Source of the DNA: Felis catus
Taxonomy: Eukaryota
Length of the DNA: 64,000 nucleotides
NCBI RefSeq assembly: GCF_018350175.1
Contig: NC_058368.1
Location: forward strand, 83,826,001-83,890,000
Reading direction: 5' to 3'
The notes under the pieces are model-generated. The model worked only from the letters and a program-made list of their open reading frames with translations, was not told the origin of the DNA and did not search any database. Shown piece by piece: positions 46,856 through 59,094 of the stretch; position 1 is the first letter of the stretch, and the number at the start of each line of letters is the position of its first letter. Both the position numbers and the translations under genes were made by a program.

Positions 46856-47815
46856 CTACTTTATAGTTTCCTGAAAGACAAATTCCACATTCAACATTTT
46901 TTTTAGTGCCTTTGTAACATCCTTATTCCTAAGACTATAAATTAAAGGGTTTAGAACAGGAGTGAGTATGGTGTAAAAGACAGATACAATCATGTCATTC
47001 TCAGGGGTGTGGTAGGAATTGGGGAGCATGTAGGTATACACGGCAGCCCCATAGAAGAGGATGACAACAGTCATGTGGGAAGAACAAGTAGCAAAGGCCT
47101 TTTTCCGCCCCTCTGCTGACTTCATCCTGTGGATGGTGAAGAGGATGAAAGAATAGGAGCTTGAAATGACTGTCACAGGAATGAGGAGCATGAGAACGCA
47201 ACATAAGTACATAAGTGTCTCATAGATGGAAGTGTCTGAGCAGGAAAGCTTCATTACAGCAGGGACTTCACAGAAGAAATGATGGATCTCCCTGGATCTG
47301 CAGAAAGGGAAGGTCATGGTGACAGGAGTGAGCATAAATCCATCCACAGATCCCAGCAACCAGCAGGAAGACACCAAGATGAGGCATACCCTATGGTTCA
47401 TGAGGATAGGATAACGGAGTGGATGGCAGATGGCCACATAGCGGTCATAGGCCATGGCAGCTAGAAGGAAAAATTCTGAACCTACCAGTGTCAAATAGAG
47501 AAACATCTGCATCCCACATTCAGGGGCTGAGATCTTATTCACACCCATAACCTGGTCCATGAGCATCTTGGGCACAATGACAGAAATGTACATCACATCC
47601 ATGAGAGACAACTGAGTGATAAAAAAGTACATGGGGTTATGAAGGTGAACATCATAGTGTATCAAAAGGATCAGCATGGTGTTTCCAGACAAGGCCATCA
47701 GGAAAACCACAAAAATGACCACACAAAGCAGAGATGGGTGCTTGGATTGACTGAAGAGTCCCACTAGATCAAAATCTGATCGTACAGTATGGTTGGCCAC
47801 CCAAGTGTTTTCCAT
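46856..47815 (-). CDS. OR2T29: Olfactory receptor, family 2 subfamily T (OR2T5/OR2T29-like), intact 319 aa single coding exon
   Basis: OR signatures: N-glycosylation [78 protein letters not shown]2T-specific stretches [31 protein letters not shown]. The OR call is near certain; the exact paralog symbol is only a best guess. Confidence 0.96.
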   Translation of the reverse strand: MENTWVANHTVRSDFDLVGLFSQSKHPSLLCVVIFVVFLMALSGNTMLILLIHYDVHLHNPMYFFITQLSLMDVMYISVIVPKMLMDQVMGVNKISAPECGMQMFLYLTLVGSEFFLLAAMAYDRYVAICHPLRYPILMNHRVCLILVSSCWLLGSVDGFMLTPVTMTFPFCRSREIHHFFCEVPAVMKLSCSDTSIYETLMYLCCVLMLLIPVTVISSSYSFILFTIHRMKSAEGRKKAFATCSSHMTVVILFYGAAVYTYMLPNSYHTPENDMIVSVFYTILTPVLNPLIYSLRNKDVTKALKKMLNVEFVFQETIK

Positions 47816-47825
47816 TGGATTTCAC

Positions 47826-47850
47826 CTGGATCACCAAGGAGAAATATGGA
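47826..47850 (-). promoter_or_regulatory. Candidate splice acceptor 10 nt upstream of the OR ATG
   Basis: Minus strand TCCATATTTCTCCTTGGTGATCCAG|GTGAAATCCAATG; OR genes typically have spliced 5'UTRs. Confidence 0.55.
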
Positions 47851-48054
47851 GTTAATGGATGATTCATGTGATATCATTACCTGAAATAAATGTTTCAGTA
47901 AGTTTGTGTGTGTATGTTTACACATGGAAAACCAGTGTGCTAATAAGGGGAAGTTTCAAGGACTTGGAAGTTTTAGGATTATAAATTACCTGTAATTGAA
48001 CAAATTTACTGACATCTAAGAATTCAGATCTACAAATCAAAAATATTGGTATTT

Positions 48055-48943
48055 TATAATTCCACTATTGGGTGTACATTTTCCCAAGAAAACAAAAATG
48101 ATAATTCAAAAAGATATATGCATCTCTATGTTTATTTTAGTTTTTCTCAAATTTCCATACGAACTTTATTTTTTCAAGTTTTAATTTAAATTCCAGTTAG
48201 TTAACATACAGTGTAATATTAGTTTTAGATATGCAATATACTGATTCAACTCTTTCATAGACCATCCGGTACTCATCAGAATTGTACAACAAGAAATCCT
48301 TTTGATCTGGACTTTTATTGGAATGTTCTGATTACTGAGTCAATGTCTTTATTAGTAATCATTCTGTTAAAATATTCTATTTCTTTTTGTTAAGTTTTTT
48401 TAAATTTAAATCCATGTTATTTAACATATAGTGTAATAATAATTTTAGGAATAGAATTTAGTAATTTATCACTTATATATAGCACCCAGTGCTCATTCCA
48501 AAATGTCCAGTTAATATATGTTGTAATATTAGTTTTGGTGTAAAATGTAGTGATTCCACCTACATAAACACATGAAGATTATTATATCAAGAGTATTCCT
48601 TAATCCCATCACCTATTGTAACCATAAGTTTGTTCTCAATATTTAAGAGTATGTTTCTTGGTTTCTCTCTTTTTTCCCTTTGATCAATTGTTTTATTTAT
48701 TAAATTCCACATATTATTGAAATAACATTGTATTTTTATTTCTCTGACTGACTTGTTTTGCTTAGCATGGACTTCCATCCATGTCATTTCAAATGGCATG
48801 ATGTCATTCTTTTATATGGCTGAGTAATATTCCGTTGTATATTTTTTATATCCACTCCTATGCTTATTACAGCATTATTTACAAGAGCCAAGATATGGAA
48901 ACAACTTAATTGTCCATTGAAAGATTAATGGATACAGATTGAG

Positions 48944-48980
<37 letters not shown>

Positions 48981-49768
48981 CACAATGGAATATTATCCAG
49001 CCACAGAATCCATAAGATCATGCCCTTTGTGACAACATGGATGTGCATAGATGGTATCATGCTAAGTGAAGTAAGTCCGACTGAGAAAGACATATACGTG
49101 ACTTCACTCCCATATGTGGAATTTAATAACACAAATGAATGAACAAACAAAAAGTAAAATCAGACCTATAAATACAGAGACATAAATGATGGTTGCCAGA
49201 GAAGAAATTGATAGAGCATGACAAAATGGGTGAAGAAGAATTCCAATTATGGAACAAGTAAGTCACAGGAAAGATGGCACAGTATAAGGAATATAGTCAA
49301 TGACACTGTATGTTTTCTTTTATTTTTTCTTTTATTTTTCTTTTATTTTTGTATTTTTTTCATCCATTTTAATTTAATTTATTTTTTTTAATTTGAGTAT
49401 AGTTGGCAATGTTCCATTAGTTACAATTGTACAACTTAATAGTCTAAAAAGTTTATATATTATGCTATCTTCACCACACTTATACCTACCATCTGTCCCA
49501 TTACATTGCTGTTAAAATATCATTTACCATATTCTTTATGCTCTTCTTTTTATCCCTGTGACTTATCATTCCACACTGGGTGGTCCATACCTCCATCTCC
49601 CCTTCACTCATTTTTCCCTGTCTTTATCACCCTGATACTGTTTGGTGACAGATGGTAGCTACATATTTTGTGAGCATCACATAACTTTTATCCTGATTGA
49701 ATCACTATGTTGTACACCTGAAACTATTGAAACATTATGTGTCAGGTATATCCTAATAAAAAAATTAA
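48055..49768. mobile_element. Nested stack of L1 3' ends (plus-strand host, several minus-strand inserts)
   Basis: Host plus L1 at 48055-48135 resumes at ~48858 (repeat CTATGYTTATT), and again at ~49633 after a minus insert (repeat TGAYACTGTWTG). (TG)n at ~48947-48977. Confidence 0.78.
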
Positions 49769-50268
49769 AGTATATTGGTAATTTATAATAAGATTTCCAC
49801 AATTAAAGCTTTTGAGATTTCCTGAACAGTGTTGTTTTGTCCATGACTATAGAAATCTGTATAACCCCTGCCCTATATAAAAACAAAAAGAGAATCATTT
49901 AAAAAAGAATAAAACCCCTTATTTCCAAAGGTTTTTTTTTTGTTATGGAAGTCAGAATGGAATCAACCTTTCCTGTTTAAGGATTCACTGAATCTAAAAA
50001 ACTCTTAGAGATGCATTCCATATAATAAATATTTATAAAGCAACTGAAGCAAAATTTGGGGAATATTCATAGCAAAAGTTTGAACCCCCCTTGTCTGAAT
50101 AATCAGGCAAGTAGTGATGCTCTGTGCTTGTGTGGGGTAAGCTATCCATCAACAGGAACGGATGGGGTCTTCACCAATGGCCAAATCCTAAGACATCATA
50201 GGAACATCAATTTAGGAGGTAATACTTTGAGTCTGGACTATGACTGTGGGTCCAGATTATCCTCTATC

Positions 50269-50271
<3 letters not shown>

Positions 50272-50314
<43 letters not shown>
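50272..50314. repeat. (TA)n microsatellite
   Basis: Direct reading. Confidence 0.95.
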
Positions 50315-50316
<2 letters not shown>

Positions 50317-50762
50317 CTTATTTTAATTCAGGTTAAACAAATATTTATGGGGAATCTTACCTTAATTTTGTCTAGTATGTCTAGTATGTTCATCTCCAAC
50401 TTCATGCACTTAAAACTCCTACCATTTGTTCTTAATTTAAGGGGGAAGATCTAGCATTTAGAAGGTCATTGTCATTTACAAGACAAGTCTTTAGTTGTTT
50501 CCACAAGCATCATCTACTTTATTGTCTATAGCAACAAATTTTTCATGGAAACTGAGATGTAGAGTGGAAAACCGAACAACATCGAGTTGCTTGTGACTCC
50601 AATTCATTTCCCCTCTTTATCTGGCTACCCAAATCCTACATCTGTGTTAAATGCTAAAAGCAAAAGAAAAATTGCATTGGTTACATTGAAGGAGGGCAAA
50701 GCCCATCTATTCAGGCAAAAATACTGCATGTGTGTGTGTATGTGATTTAAAATGGAATCCTA

Positions 50763-51004
50763 GGGGCGCCTGGGTGGCGCAGTCGGTTAAGCGTCCGACT
50801 TCAGCCAGGTCAGGATCTCGCGGTCTGTGAGTTCGAGCCCCACGTTGGGCTCTGGGCTGATGGCTCAGAGCCTGGAGCCTGTTTCAGATTCTGTGTCTCC
50901 CTCTCTCTCTGCCCCTCCCCCGTTCGTGCTCTGTCTCTCTCTGTCCCAAAAATAAAATAAAAACGTTAAAAAAAATTAAAAAAAAATAATAAAAAAATAA
51001 AAAT
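50763..51004 (+). mobile_element. Young felid Can-SINE with long A-rich tail
   Basis: TSD AAAATGGAATCYTA at 50749-50762 and 51005-51018. Confidence 0.97.
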
Positions 51005-52419
51005 AAAATGGAATCTTAAAATAGCACAAAATAAGAACAATGAAAGTATAGTATATCTGTCCTTTCTGAAAAAAATCAGTAATAACGTACTTATTCTCTT
51101 ATGAATATTAAACATTTGAAACTTTTTAATTTCTGACATGTTAAATGTTAAATTTGAAAAATCCCTATCAATAACAAAAACAAAAAAAGAAATACTGGCT
51201 CTTCTCTCTAAGAAGAGTTTGCAAGCGATTATGATATTTCAGGAATAATCTCCAACTTTGAAAACATTTTGTACTCTTGTAATTATTCAAAAAACCTATT
51301 AAAATATTCAAATTATTAACAGTACCTAGTTCTGGGGTGCTAGAGCAGTAGAAAACACTGAAAATTAATTTGATGCCTTAGTGTAATTATTCAACAAATC
51401 TGGTACACATTGCACGTCAAAATATAGTCTGTCAAATTCTACACCTACTGGCAGAAGAAAGTGAAAAATTAAAAACAGCCTGATAAAAGCAAAACATACC
51501 TTCTTTCTTAATCAATATTTGTCACCAAAGTGAAATAAATCTTTACTGCAATTTGGTAAATGAGAGTGACTGTGATCAAGCCACACTGAACAGCCCACCT
51601 GGCACACCAGATAGACAATGGAATGCTTTCTGTAAGGTAATTGGCCTCCCTGTTTATTCTTATTTTTCTGTATCCAATTTGTTGAGTTTAATATAAACAC
51701 AACAGTGTATTATTTAATTTGCAGAATTATTAATAATGGTGGTAAAATAACATCAAATCTTTATTGAAGCTGACCACATTCCAGAAATTGTTCTATTGCT
51801 TTACCATATTTTATCTTCCCCAAGAGTCAATGAGGTACTTCCTCATCTGATTTTCTCCTTTTATAAATTCAATAATTCAGATTCCCAGGGCATCTGCCTA
51901 ACATCACATAATTTACCTGCGGGAGGACTTGTGTCTCAACTCAGATGTTGGGGCCCAGAGCCTATAATGCTGCCTTAATTCTCTAGAACACTATCTCCCC
52001 TCCAGTCTGCAAGTTGCATATGACCTCTCTTTGTAAGTTTCATCTAAGAAACATAAATATGATAGAGACATTGGTTTTGGTTTTTTAACTACCAGAAATA
52101 ATTCTCACTCAAAGTAAAAGCAGTCTCATTTCTTCTGCAAAAATTTCCACTTCAAGAAAAAAAAAAAAAACATTATCCAATAATATAGGAGGGATATGTA
52201 CTCTTTTGTCCCTACATAATGGAAATTAAAAAAAAAAACTGCTTCCTAACATGTTGCAGTAAATTACATTAAACATTCAATCAAAAAAGGGCAATTAAGA
52301 GTACATTTATCTTGATGAGCTCTGAGAAATGTATATAAATGTTGAAACATTATATTGTACTAGGGAACCTAATATAACACTGTACGTTAATTATACTTGA
52401 ATTTAAAAAACACGTTTGT

Positions 52420-52612
52420 GGGGCACCTGGGTTGCTCAGTTGGTTAAGTGTCTGACTCTTGGTTTCAACTCAGGTCATGATCTCATGATTCGTGAGTGCA
52501 AGCCCGGCATCGGGCTCTGTGCTAACAGTGTGTAGCCTGTTTGGGATTCTCTCTCCCCTTCTCTCTTCCCCTGCCCCACTTTCTCTCTCAAAATAAATAA
52601 ACTTTAAAAAAA
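52420..52612 (+). mobile_element. Can-SINE, directly after a short L1 3' end (~52290-52410)
   Basis: GGGGCACCTGGGTTGCTCAG head, body and tail. Confidence 0.92.
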
Positions 52613-53258
52613 TATTTCAAAACTGAAACGAACATTTGCTTTTCTACATAAAAATAGATGATAGGAGAAAAGTTGAGAAAATATATTCAAGAATTAATAT
52701 ATGCATCACAAGGATAACAAGTCAAAAACAATAATTACCTTTGCTCCTGCAGTTCTTTCTTTATGGTTGAACTCAGCATTAGATGCTGCTGCAACCCTTA
52801 CCCATATAAGTATTGGAGTGTGGCCATGGTGAACTGTATGAAGATAACCAGGAAAGTGACATCATTCTGGTTTTACTATGCCCATCATGGGAGTTGATGA
52901 ACTTTATTGATAAATTCCTTCTGGGGCTTTGAAGAAGAATGCAATTAAGAGACCTAAAAACGACAACAAAAAGGAATAGGTATCTGTGTTGCACTGTTCT
53001 GGGTCTCTCCCCATGTCTTTTTAAAATCTATTATTATTATTATTATTAATTAAACTGGAAATCTTAACCAATATAACAATGTCTCAAATTTCAACATCAT
53101 CAATAATCTCTTATCTGTGAAATAGATGTCACTTTATATGTGGCCTTAGCCTTATCCACATTAAAAATATTTTTATATTGTATATATCTCTCCTTATTTA
53201 ATTTCAGCAGTGTTGTGTGAGTTATAGTTCCCTTATCTTTCACTGATGGAGCTTCTGA

Positions 53259-53271
53259 AACTTATTAATGA
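53259..53271 (+). promoter_or_regulatory. Candidate extended homeodomain (Lhx2-type) site of the OR promoter
   Basis: AACTTATTAATGA is a 12/13 match to the AACTTTTTAATGA motif of the mouse H/P elements; 5.4 kb upstream of the OR ATG in unique sequence. Confidence 0.4.
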
Positions 53272-53279
53272 AATGATGT

Positions 53280-54445
53280 GTCAATCTCTTTGGTTAAGTT
53301 TATTCTTAGGTATTTTGCTATTTTTGGTGCTATTGTAAATGAAATTCTTGTCTTAATTTCTCTTTTAGTTACTTCATTAGTAGTTTATAGCAATGCAACA
53401 TATTTATGCATATTGAGTTTGTGTCCTGTGATGTTACTCAGTTTATTTAGCAGTTCTAGTAGTTTTTTTATGGAGTTTTTAGAGTTTTATGTATAGAATA
53501 TCATGTCATCTGCAATAGTGAAAAATTATCTTCTTTCTTTCCAATTTGGATGTCTTTTATTTCTTTTTGTTGTCATATTTCTGTGGTTGGGACTTCCAGC
53601 ACTATGCTGAATAAAACTTATGAGAGTGGGCTTCTTTGCCTTGTTCCTGATCTTAGGGGAAAAGCCCTAAGTTCTTCACCACTAAGTATTAAATTGGCTG
53701 TGGAGTTTTCATATATAACTTTTATTATGTTGACCTATGTTCCCTCTAGATTAATTTGTTGAGTGTTTTTTTGTTTGTTTTTGATTGTTTGTTTGTTTTT
53801 TACTATGAATGGATGTTGTACTTTGTCAAATGCTTTTTTGGAGTCAATGGAAATGATCATACAGTTTTTACCTTTTCTCTTGTTGATTGATGTATCACAT
53901 TGATTGATTTGCAAATATTGAACCACCTCTTTGTAGAGAGGTTTTGCATCTATGTTCTTCAAGGATATTGACCACTATTCTTTCTTCTTTTCTTTCTTCT
54001 TTCTTTCTTTCTTTCTTTCTTTCTCTCTTTCTTTATCTTCTTCCTTTCTTTCTTCTTCCTTTCTTTCCTTTTTCTTAATGTTTTATCTGGGTTGGTATCT
54101 GTGTGGTACTGGCCTTATAGAATGAATTTTGAAACTCTCCTTATTCTAATTTTTGGAGTAATTTGAGAATAATTGGTATTAACTCTTCTATAAACATTTG
54201 GTAGAATTCACCTTTGAAGTCATCTGGTTCTGGACTTTTGTTTGTTGGGAGTATTTTGATTACTGATTCAACTTCCTTGCTGGTAATGGGTCTGTTCAAA
54301 TTTTCTGTTTCGTCATTATTTAGGTTTTGGAGGTTGGGCGTTTGTAGGAATTTATCCATTTCTGCTATATTTTCAAATTATTTGGCATGTAGTTTTTCAT
54401 ACTGCCATCTTATTATCCTTTGTATTCGTGTGATGTTGGTTGTCC
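53280..54445 (-). mobile_element. L1 ORF2 (RT region) fragment
   Basis: ORFs 54141..54359 (LNRPITSKEVESVIK..KSPEPDDF) and 53735..53962 (IISIDSKKAFDKVQHPF); (CTTT)n-like tract at ~53980-54075. Confidence 0.88.
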
Positions 54446-54449
54446 TTTC

Positions 54450-56188
54450 TCTTTCTTTTTTTTCTTTCCAAGATTATATTTAAATTCAAGTTAGTTAACA
54501 CATAGCATAGTATTGATTTCAAGAATAGAATTTAGTGATTCATCACTTACATATAACACCCAGTGCTCATCACAAGTGTCCTCCTTAATGCCCATCACCA
54601 TTTAGACCATCCCCCCACCAAACTTCCCCCCAGCACCCCCTCAGTTTGTTCTCTACAGTTAAAAGTCTCTTATGGTTTGCCTCCCTTTCTGTTTTTATTT
54701 TATTTTATTTTTCTTTCCTTTCCCTATGTTCATCTGATTTGTTTATTAAATTCCACATATGAGTGAACTCATGGGTATTGGTCTTTCTCTGACTGACTTA
54801 TTTAGCTTACCATAATACTCTGTAGCTCCATTCATGTCATTGCAGGTGGCAACATTTTATTCCCTTTTATGGATGAGTAATATTACATTGAATATGTACA
54901 CCACTTCTTTATCCATAGACCAGATGATGAGCTGTTTCCATAATTTGGCTATGGTAGATAATGCTGTTATAAACATTGGGGAGTATGTACCCTTTGCCTT
55001 AGAATTTTTTGTATTCTTTGGGTAAATAGTAGTGCCATTGCTGGATTGTATGCTAGTTATGTTTTTGACTTTTTGAGGATCTTTTTGATTGGCTGCACCA
55101 GCTTGCATTCCCACCAACATTTATTTTTTTGTGTTGTTATTTTAGCAATTCTGATATATTTGAGGTGATATATCATTGTAGTTTTGATTTGTATTTCCCT
55201 GATGATGAGTGATGTTGGGCATCTTTTCATGTTTTTTATTGACCATCCATATGTCTTTGGAAAAATGTCTATTTTTACCTTTGGGTAATGGGATTATTTA
55301 TTTTTTTGGATGTTGTGTTTTGTAAGTTCTTTATATATTTGGATATATCAGATTAGTCATTTGCAAATATCTTCTCCAGTTCTGTAAGTTGGCTTTTAGT
55401 TTTGTTGATTATTTCCTTGCTGAGCAGGAGGTTTTTGTTGTTGTTGTTGTTCATTTTTGTTTTAATGAAGTCCCAGTAACTTATTTTTGCTGTTTTCTTT
55501 GCCTAAAGAGACATATCTAGAAATAAGCTGCTACTGCTGGTGTCAAAGAAGTTACAGCCTGTGATCTCCTCTAGGATTTTATGGTTTCATGTCTCCATTT
55601 AGGTATTCTATCAATTTTAAATATATTTTCGTGTATGATGTAAGAAAGTGTTCCCATTTCATTCTTTTGCATGTTACTGTCCAGTTGTCCCAACACCATT
55701 TGTTAAAGAGATTATCTTTTTTCTGTTGGGTATTCTTTCCTGTTTTGTCAAAAACTAATTGATCACATAGTTGTGGGTTCACTTTGGGTTTTCTATTCTT
55801 TTTAATGCCAGTACCATGCTGTTTTGATCACTACAACTTTGTAATATAACTTGAAGTCTGAAATGATGATACCTGCAACTTTGCTTTTCTTTTTCAAGAT
55901 TGCTTTGGGTATTTGGGATCTTTTGTGGTTCCACACAAATTTTAGGATTGTTTATTATAGCTGTGTGAAAAATGTAGTTGGTATTACAATCGGGATTGCA
56001 TTAAATCTGTAGATTGCTTTGGGTGGTATAGACATTTTAACAATATTTTTCCTTCTAATCCATGAGCATGGGATTTTTTTTTCCATTTCTTTGTATCACC
56101 TTATTTTCTTTCATTAGTGTTTTATAATTTTCAGAGAACAAGATTTTCAACTTTTTAGTTAGATTTGCCCCAAGGTATATTTTCTTTT

Positions 56189-56232
<44 letters not shown>

Positions 56233-59090
56233 GTGAAACTGTAAAGGGTATTGATTGCTTAATTTATTTTTCTGCTACTTCATTATTGTTGTGTAGAAAT
56301 GCAACATATTTCTGTATGTTGATTTTGTATCCTATGGCTTTACTGAATTCATGTATCTGTTCTAGCATTTTTCCAATGAGTCTTTCAGATATTCTACATA
56401 GATTATCATGTAGTCTGCAAATAGTGAAAGGTTGAATATTTGTGTGCCAATTTGGATGCATTTTATTTCTTTTTCTTGTCTGATTCCTGTGACTAAGACT
56501 TCCATTACTATGTTAAATAACAGTGGTGAGAGTGGACATCCTTGTCTTGTTCCTGACCATGGAGTAAATGCTCTCAGTTTCTGCCCTTTGGACATGATAT
56601 TAGTTGTGGCCTTTATTATGTTGAAGTATTCCTACATTGTTGAGTGGTCTTATCATGAATTAATGTTGTACTTTCTCAATTACTTTTTCTGCATCTATGG
56701 TAAATGATCATATAATTCTTATCCTGTCTTTTATTAATGTGGTGTATTACACTGGTTTGCAAATATTGAACCACACTTACACCACAGGAATTAATCCCAT
56801 TTAGTCATGGTGAATGATTCTTTTAATGTATTGTATGATTCAGTTTGCCAGTGTTTTGTTGAGAATTTTTGCATTCATGTTCATCAGGCATTTTGACCTG
56901 TAGTCCTTTGTATTTATTTGGTTTTGTTATCATGGTAATGCTGGCCACATACAATGATTTTGGAAGCTTTCCTTTTTTCCCCTAATATTTGGCAAAGTTT
57001 GAGAAGAATAGATATTAACTCTCTTTTAACATTTGGTAGAATCCACCTGTGAAGCAATCTGGTCTTGGACGTTTTTTCATTTGGAGATTTTTTGTTTGTT
57101 TGTTTCTGTTTTTTAATTGTTGATTCATTTTCTTTACTGGTTATCAATCTGTTCAAGTTTTCTATTTCTTCCTGTTAATCATTTGCTAGTTTATATCTTT
57201 CTAAAAATTTATCCATTTCTTCCACGTTGTCTAATTCTTTCTCATAATATTCTCTTACACTTATATTTCTGTGTTATTGGCTGTTATTTTACTCTCTCAT
57301 TTGTCGTTGTATTTATTTACTTTTTTTCTGTCTTTTTTTTGATATGTCTGGCTACCAGTTATCAATTTTATTATTTTTTTATAGAACCATCTCTTGGTGT
57401 CTCTGATATGTTCTATTGTGTTCTTAGTTTCTATATCATTTATTTTTGCTCTAATCTTTATCATTCTCCTTCTGATGGCTTTAGGCTCCATTTGTTGACT
57501 TTTTTGTAGCTTCCTTCAGTATAAGCTTAGGTAGTTTATTTGAGATTTTTCTTGAGGTAGACCTGTATTGCTCTACACTTCCTTCTTAAGACCACTTTTG
57601 CTGTATCTCAAAGATTTTTGACATTTGTGTTTTGACATCTGTTTTCATTTTTTTTATTTCTTTTTTGATCTCCATGTTGACCCACCCATTGTGTAGCATG
57701 TTGTTTAACTTCCATGTATTTGTGCTCTTTTCAAATTTTTTTTCTTGTGGTTGCTCCAAGTTTCATAAAATTGTGGTAAAAAAAATGTGCATGGTATAAT
57801 CTCAATCATTTTGTACTTCCTGAGGCCTGATTTGCTGTCTATTCTAGAGAATGTCCCATGTGCACTTGAAAACATGCATTCTGCTCTTTTAGGGTGGAAT
57901 GTCCTGAGTATATATGTTAAGTCCATGTGGTCCACTTTGTCATTCAAACCCAATGTTTCCTTCTTGATTTTCTGTTTAAATGATCTGTCCATCAATGTGC
58001 TTGAATTGTTAAAGTCCCTGTTTTTTCTTTTACTTTATTATTTTAATTGTTCCTTTATGTTTGTTATTGTGTTCTATATTTAGTTTCTCCCAGGTTAGTG
58101 CATAAATATTTATAATTGTTAAATATGCTGGTTGCATTTTTCCCCTTATTATGATATGGTGCCCTTCTTCATCTCTTATTACAGTTTTAGTTTAGAGTCT
58201 ATCTTGCTGCATATAACTATTGGTACTCCATCTTTCTGTTGACATTTGTTTACCTGATAAATGTTTCTCCATTCCCTCCTTTCAATGTGCAGGTGCCTTT
58301 AGTTCTAAAATGCATCTCTGGTAGTCAGCACATAGATGGGTCTTCTTTTCACATTCTTTCTGACAGGCTATGTCTTTACATTGTAGGGTTTAATCCTTTA
58401 TGTTCTTTTTGAGAAGCCTGGCTAGAGGTTTATCAATTTTGTTTATTAAAAAAAAAAAAAACTCTTGCTTTCATTGATCTATTCCATATATTTTTTATTC
58501 CATATAGTTTATTTCTGCTCTGATCTTTAGTGTTTCTCTTCTTCTGCTGGGTTTGGGGTGTCTTTGCTGTTTTGTTTTTATTTCCTTTAGATGTGCTGTT
58601 AGATTTTGTATTTGGGATTTTTCTTGTTTCGTGTGGGAGGTTCTGGACAACAGGATAGTGTTGGCGTGAGACATGTTGTTAGCTAGCTGGGTGGAGTGTG
58701 TTCATGCTGCACTGATTACTGCAGTTGTCCCTATCTTGGCTGGGGATTGGGGAAGGAAATGCCTTCTGCCAGATTTTTTTTAATTTAAATTCAAGTTATT
58801 TAATATACAGTGTAGTCTTGGAAAATTCTCCTAAAGATCCCTGCTCCTCCAGAACACATTCTGAGATAAGTCTTTTTTCAGTATACTCCAGGCATTTTTA
58901 AACTGCTGCTTCTATGCTGTATCTCAGTGGGGCTGTTTGTTATACTATCTCTGTAAGGGCAGGGACTCTTCTTCCTTTCATCTTTGGCTCTCCCAAAACC
59001 ATGAACCCTGAATTTTAAAATTTAGGTGTCAAGACCCACTGATTATAAGAACTCATGAAAGTAAACCCCTCTGGCTCTCAAACAAAGAAA
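54450..59090 (-). mobile_element. L1: 3'UTR, decayed ORF2 to ~58400, ORF1 missing, 5'UTR piece 58631-59090
   Basis: ORFs 55579..55782, 56362..56595 ([22 protein letters not shown]) and 57705..57995; (CTTT)n at ~56180-56232. Confidence 0.88.
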
Positions 59091-59094
59091 TGCC

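Noticed and set aside
47001..47464. Short ORFs overlapping the OR
   Set aside because: Alternative-frame and antisense shadows of the OR coding sequence.
50056..50454. 132-aa ORF upstream of the OR
   Set aside because: Starts at TTG, reads through a (TA)n microsatellite (YIYIYI) and has no recognisable homology.
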